In this document: in pieces, positions 62,033 through 64,000 of the stretch
How the letters are laid out: each line of letters begins with the position of its first letter
How positions within the stretch are numbered: the first letter of the stretch is position 1
Assembly (NCBI GenBank): GCA_030679895.1
Contig: JAUXSN010000026.1
Span: 24,661-88,660, forward strand
From: Candidatus Moraniibacteriota bacterium
Lineage (GTDB): Bacteria; Patescibacteriota; Minisyncoccia; Moranbacterales; UBA11712
Direction: 5' to 3'
Length of the DNA: 64,000 nucleotides
Program-made: the position numbers and the translations under genes
Notes under the pieces: model-generated
Seen by the model: only the letters and a program-made list of their open reading frames with translations
What the model was told of the DNA's origin: nothing
Database searches by the model: none

Positions 62033-63922
62033 CTATTTTTTATTTCTCTCCTCGAAATACCATTGGTACACATCTTTGGCCACCGGCACCGCCGTCGAGT
62101 GCCCTTCTCCTCCGCCCTCGACCAAAACTGCCAATGCGATTTGCGGATTATCGTAAGGAGCGAAAGAAACAAACCAGCCGTGAGTCTTGTTCTCGGAACC
62201 GAATTGGGCTGTTCCGGTTTTTCCCGCTACCGCCACCGGAAGGTCCTTCAGCGTTTGAGCCGTCCCTGATATTATTGCTTGCCGCATACCCTCCCGCACA
62301 ACCTGGATGTTTGAAGGGGAAATAAAATCGCTGTTTAAAATTTTTGGCTTGATTTCTTCCCGGCTGCCATCCGGTTTCTGAATATATTGAACTAAATGCG
62401 GCTGGTATACGGTTCCCCCATTGGCAACGGCGGCCGTATAATTCGCGATCTGCAGCGGCGTTGCCGTATCAAATCCCTGGCCGATGGCACAATGGTAGTC
62501 GTCCCCCAAATACCATTTTTCACCGAATCTATTTTGCTTCCAGGACTGGTCAGGTATGAGACCGGACGCTTCTCCGGGAATATCAACCCCCAGAGGCTTT
62601 CCCAGTCCGAAAAAATTAGCGTATTGCTTTATTCTGTCAATTCCAAGAGCCGGAATATTATTCCATCCGCCTCCCACGGCATAGAAAAAAACGTCGCAAC
62701 TTTCGGCAATCGCTTTTCTGATATCGGTAACACCATGCGTTTTCCAGTCCGGGAATCTATAGCTGCCGATATTGATTACACCCGGACAATCCAAACTGGT
62801 ACTCGATGTGATGGTCTTTTCCTCCAGCGCTACCGCGGCAACCAAAAGCTTGAATGTCGAACCGGGCGGGTATTCTCCGCTGATGGACCGATTGAACATC
62901 GGTTTATCGCCGTCGCTTATCAATTTCTGGTAATCTTCCCGCGAAATGCCTCTGGCAAATAAATTATTATCATAACTGGGAAGATTAACAAGCGCCAGCA
63001 CCCCGCCGTCTTTAGGATTGATGGCGACAGCCGCGGCTGTTTTCGTATTGGTATTTAAAAGCATATCCCCGAGGCTGTCCTGAATCTTTTTCTGAAGATC
63101 AGCATCAATATTCAAATGCAAATCATCTCCGTTAACCGGGCTGTCAACGCCTAAATTCTTTTTGATGTTTCCGGAAGAATCGACCTCCGCCTTTTCTTTT
63201 CCATGGACTCCCCGCAAATATTTTTCATAACTGTATTCAAGGCCGATTTTGCCCACATAGTCCGTCATAAGATATCCGGGATATTTTTCCAATTCATCTT
63301 TCGCGATCTTGCCGCTGTATCCCATAATCGAAGAGAAATACTGCGCGTCTTCATAAAACCGGACAGCCGTTTGGTCCAGCTGAAAACCAGGCATCTGCGG
63401 TTTTCTTTCAGAAAATATCAAAGCTTCTTCCTCACTGATATTTTCTTTGATCAAAATCGGATTGAAAGAATCAAGATCCTGCGATTCAACAAGCGCGCTA
63501 AAGCTTTGATCATTCATTCCCAAGAGAGACGCCATTTTTCTTTCTTCCCCGATTCTTTCTGCCGCGTTCCGGGGAAGATCCGCCGGAATTGCAACCAGAT
63601 CGAAGCTGGGGACATTGCGCGTCAGTTTTTTTCCGTTTCGGTCAAAAACCAGCCCCCGCGGAGCCTTCACTGCCAAATATCGGGTGCGATTTTCCCGGGA
63701 AAGTTCCGAATAATGAGCGCCCTTTACGACCTGGAGATAAAAAACTCTGGCAGCCAATAGAAAAAATATTAAAATTACCAAAATTTTAAAAAAACCCGCT
63801 CCTTCCTTTGGAATAGGCTTGGCTAAAGACGGCGCTTCGTCGAAATCATTTGCCAAGCGCGATACCTCTTCGATTTCCGCGCTTCTTTTTTTTCTTTTTT
63901 TCAATAAGTATTTGCCAATCAT
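62033..63922 (-). CDS. mrdA: Penicillin-binding protein 2 (elongasome transpeptidase, MrdA-like)
   Basis: TM plus PBP dimer domain plus transpeptidase (SxxK STFK, SxN, KTGTA); start set to the ATG at 63922 (MIGKYLL); the track start at 63943 is a TTG. Confidence 0.8.
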   Translation of the reverse strand: MIGKYLLKKRKKRSAEIEEVSRLANDFDEAPSLAKPIPKEGAGFFKILVILIFFLLAARVFYLQVVKGAHYSELSRENRTRYLAVKAPRGLVFDRNGKKLTRNVPSFDLVAIPADLPRNAAERIGEERKMASLLGMNDQSFSALVESQDLDSFNPILIKENISEEEALIFSERKPQMPGFQLDQTAVRFYEDAQYFSSIMGYSGKIAKDELEKYPGYLMTDYVGKIGLEYSYEKYLRGVHGKEKAEVDSSGNIKKNLGVDSPVNGDDLHLNIDADLQKKIQDSLGDMLLNTNTKTAAAVAINPKDGGVLALVNLPSYDNNLFARGISREDYQKLISDGDKPMFNRSISGEYPPGSTFKLLVAAVALEEKTITSSTSLDCPGVINIGSYRFPDWKTHGVTDIRKAIAESCDVFFYAVGGGWNNIPALGIDRIKQYANFFGLGKPLGVDIPGEASGLIPDQSWKQNRFGEKWYLGDDYHCAIGQGFDTATPLQIANYTAAVANGGTVYQPHLVQYIQKPDGSREEIKPKILNSDFISPSNIQVVREGMRQAIISGTAQTLKDLPVAVAGKTGTAQFGSENKTHGWFVSFAPYDNPQIALAVLVEGGGEGHSTAVPVAKDVYQWYFEERNKK

Positions 63923-63946
63923 ATTTTTGCAGAGGCCCGGCAAGAA

Positions 63947-64000
63947 TCATCGCCAGACCGATAAAAATTTATTCAGCCTTGCTGCCAGATAATACATAAT
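63947..64000 (-). CDS. 3' end (last 17 codons) of an upstream gene, possibly mreD, truncated by the window edge
   Basis: The open frame from the window edge ends ...IMYYLAARLNKFLSVWR*, hydrophobic, just upstream of mrdA. Confidence 0.3.
   Translation of the reverse strand: MMYYLAARLNKFLSVWR

Overview
This 64 kb window is an AT-rich bacterial chromosome segment, almost fully coding, with housekeeping genes on both strands. By gene content and style it resembles a reduced-genome Patescibacteria/CPR-like organism (inference only): class I LysRS, DUF763, a short UvrC, three GT-C glycosyltransferases and a VirB4-like ATPase. Recognised genes include a recR 3' end, rplU, htrA, clpB preceded by a perfect sigma70 promoter and CIRCE, a RhuM-like gene, pcm, yjbQ, malic enzyme, a trxB-trxA-DsbA-like operon, uppS, a polyprenyl synthetase, the dcw block mraZ-rsmH-ftsL-ftsI-murF, dnaX, obg, a DEAD-box helicase, guaB, tsaC, pgeF, uvrC, uvrA, uvrB, serS, class I lysK, greA and mrdA. 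I parsed three tRNAs by hand (Glu-CTC, Gln-TTG, Arg-CCG). There is also a roughly 385 nt promoter/terminator-bounded non-coding transcript that I think is RNase P RNA. The main hunt results are: (1) a GC-hairpin palindromic MITE-like repeat family (TGTCATCCCGC...GCGGGATCC...ATGACA), one copy of which sits in frame inside uvrA and adds about 35 aa at a position where E. coli UvrA has none, in the manner of Rickettsia palindromic elements; (2) an 8 kb co-directional cluster built around a VirB4/TraC-family ATPase with a secreted protein, a coiled-coil protein, a 755-aa Gly-rich membrane protein and small acidic proteins, which I read as a candidate minimal T4SS-like or novel secretion/transfer module next to GT-C glycosyltransferases; (3) a gene-3'-end RNA element whose internal sequence is conserved while its outer stems co-vary (three copies after three consecutive genes); (4) twin TCCTAAAG-N5-CTTTAGGA palindromes ahead of rsmH and an ftsQ-like gene, plus a perfect 20-bp palindrome ahead of uvrA; (5) tandem tRNA-Arg 3'-end fragments that look like att-site scars; and several other repeat families. 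Coordinates I read by eye (repeats, tRNAs, promoters) may be off by 1-2 nt; CDS coordinates follow the supplied ORF track, with starts adjusted where a conserved N-terminus or an RBS supports it.
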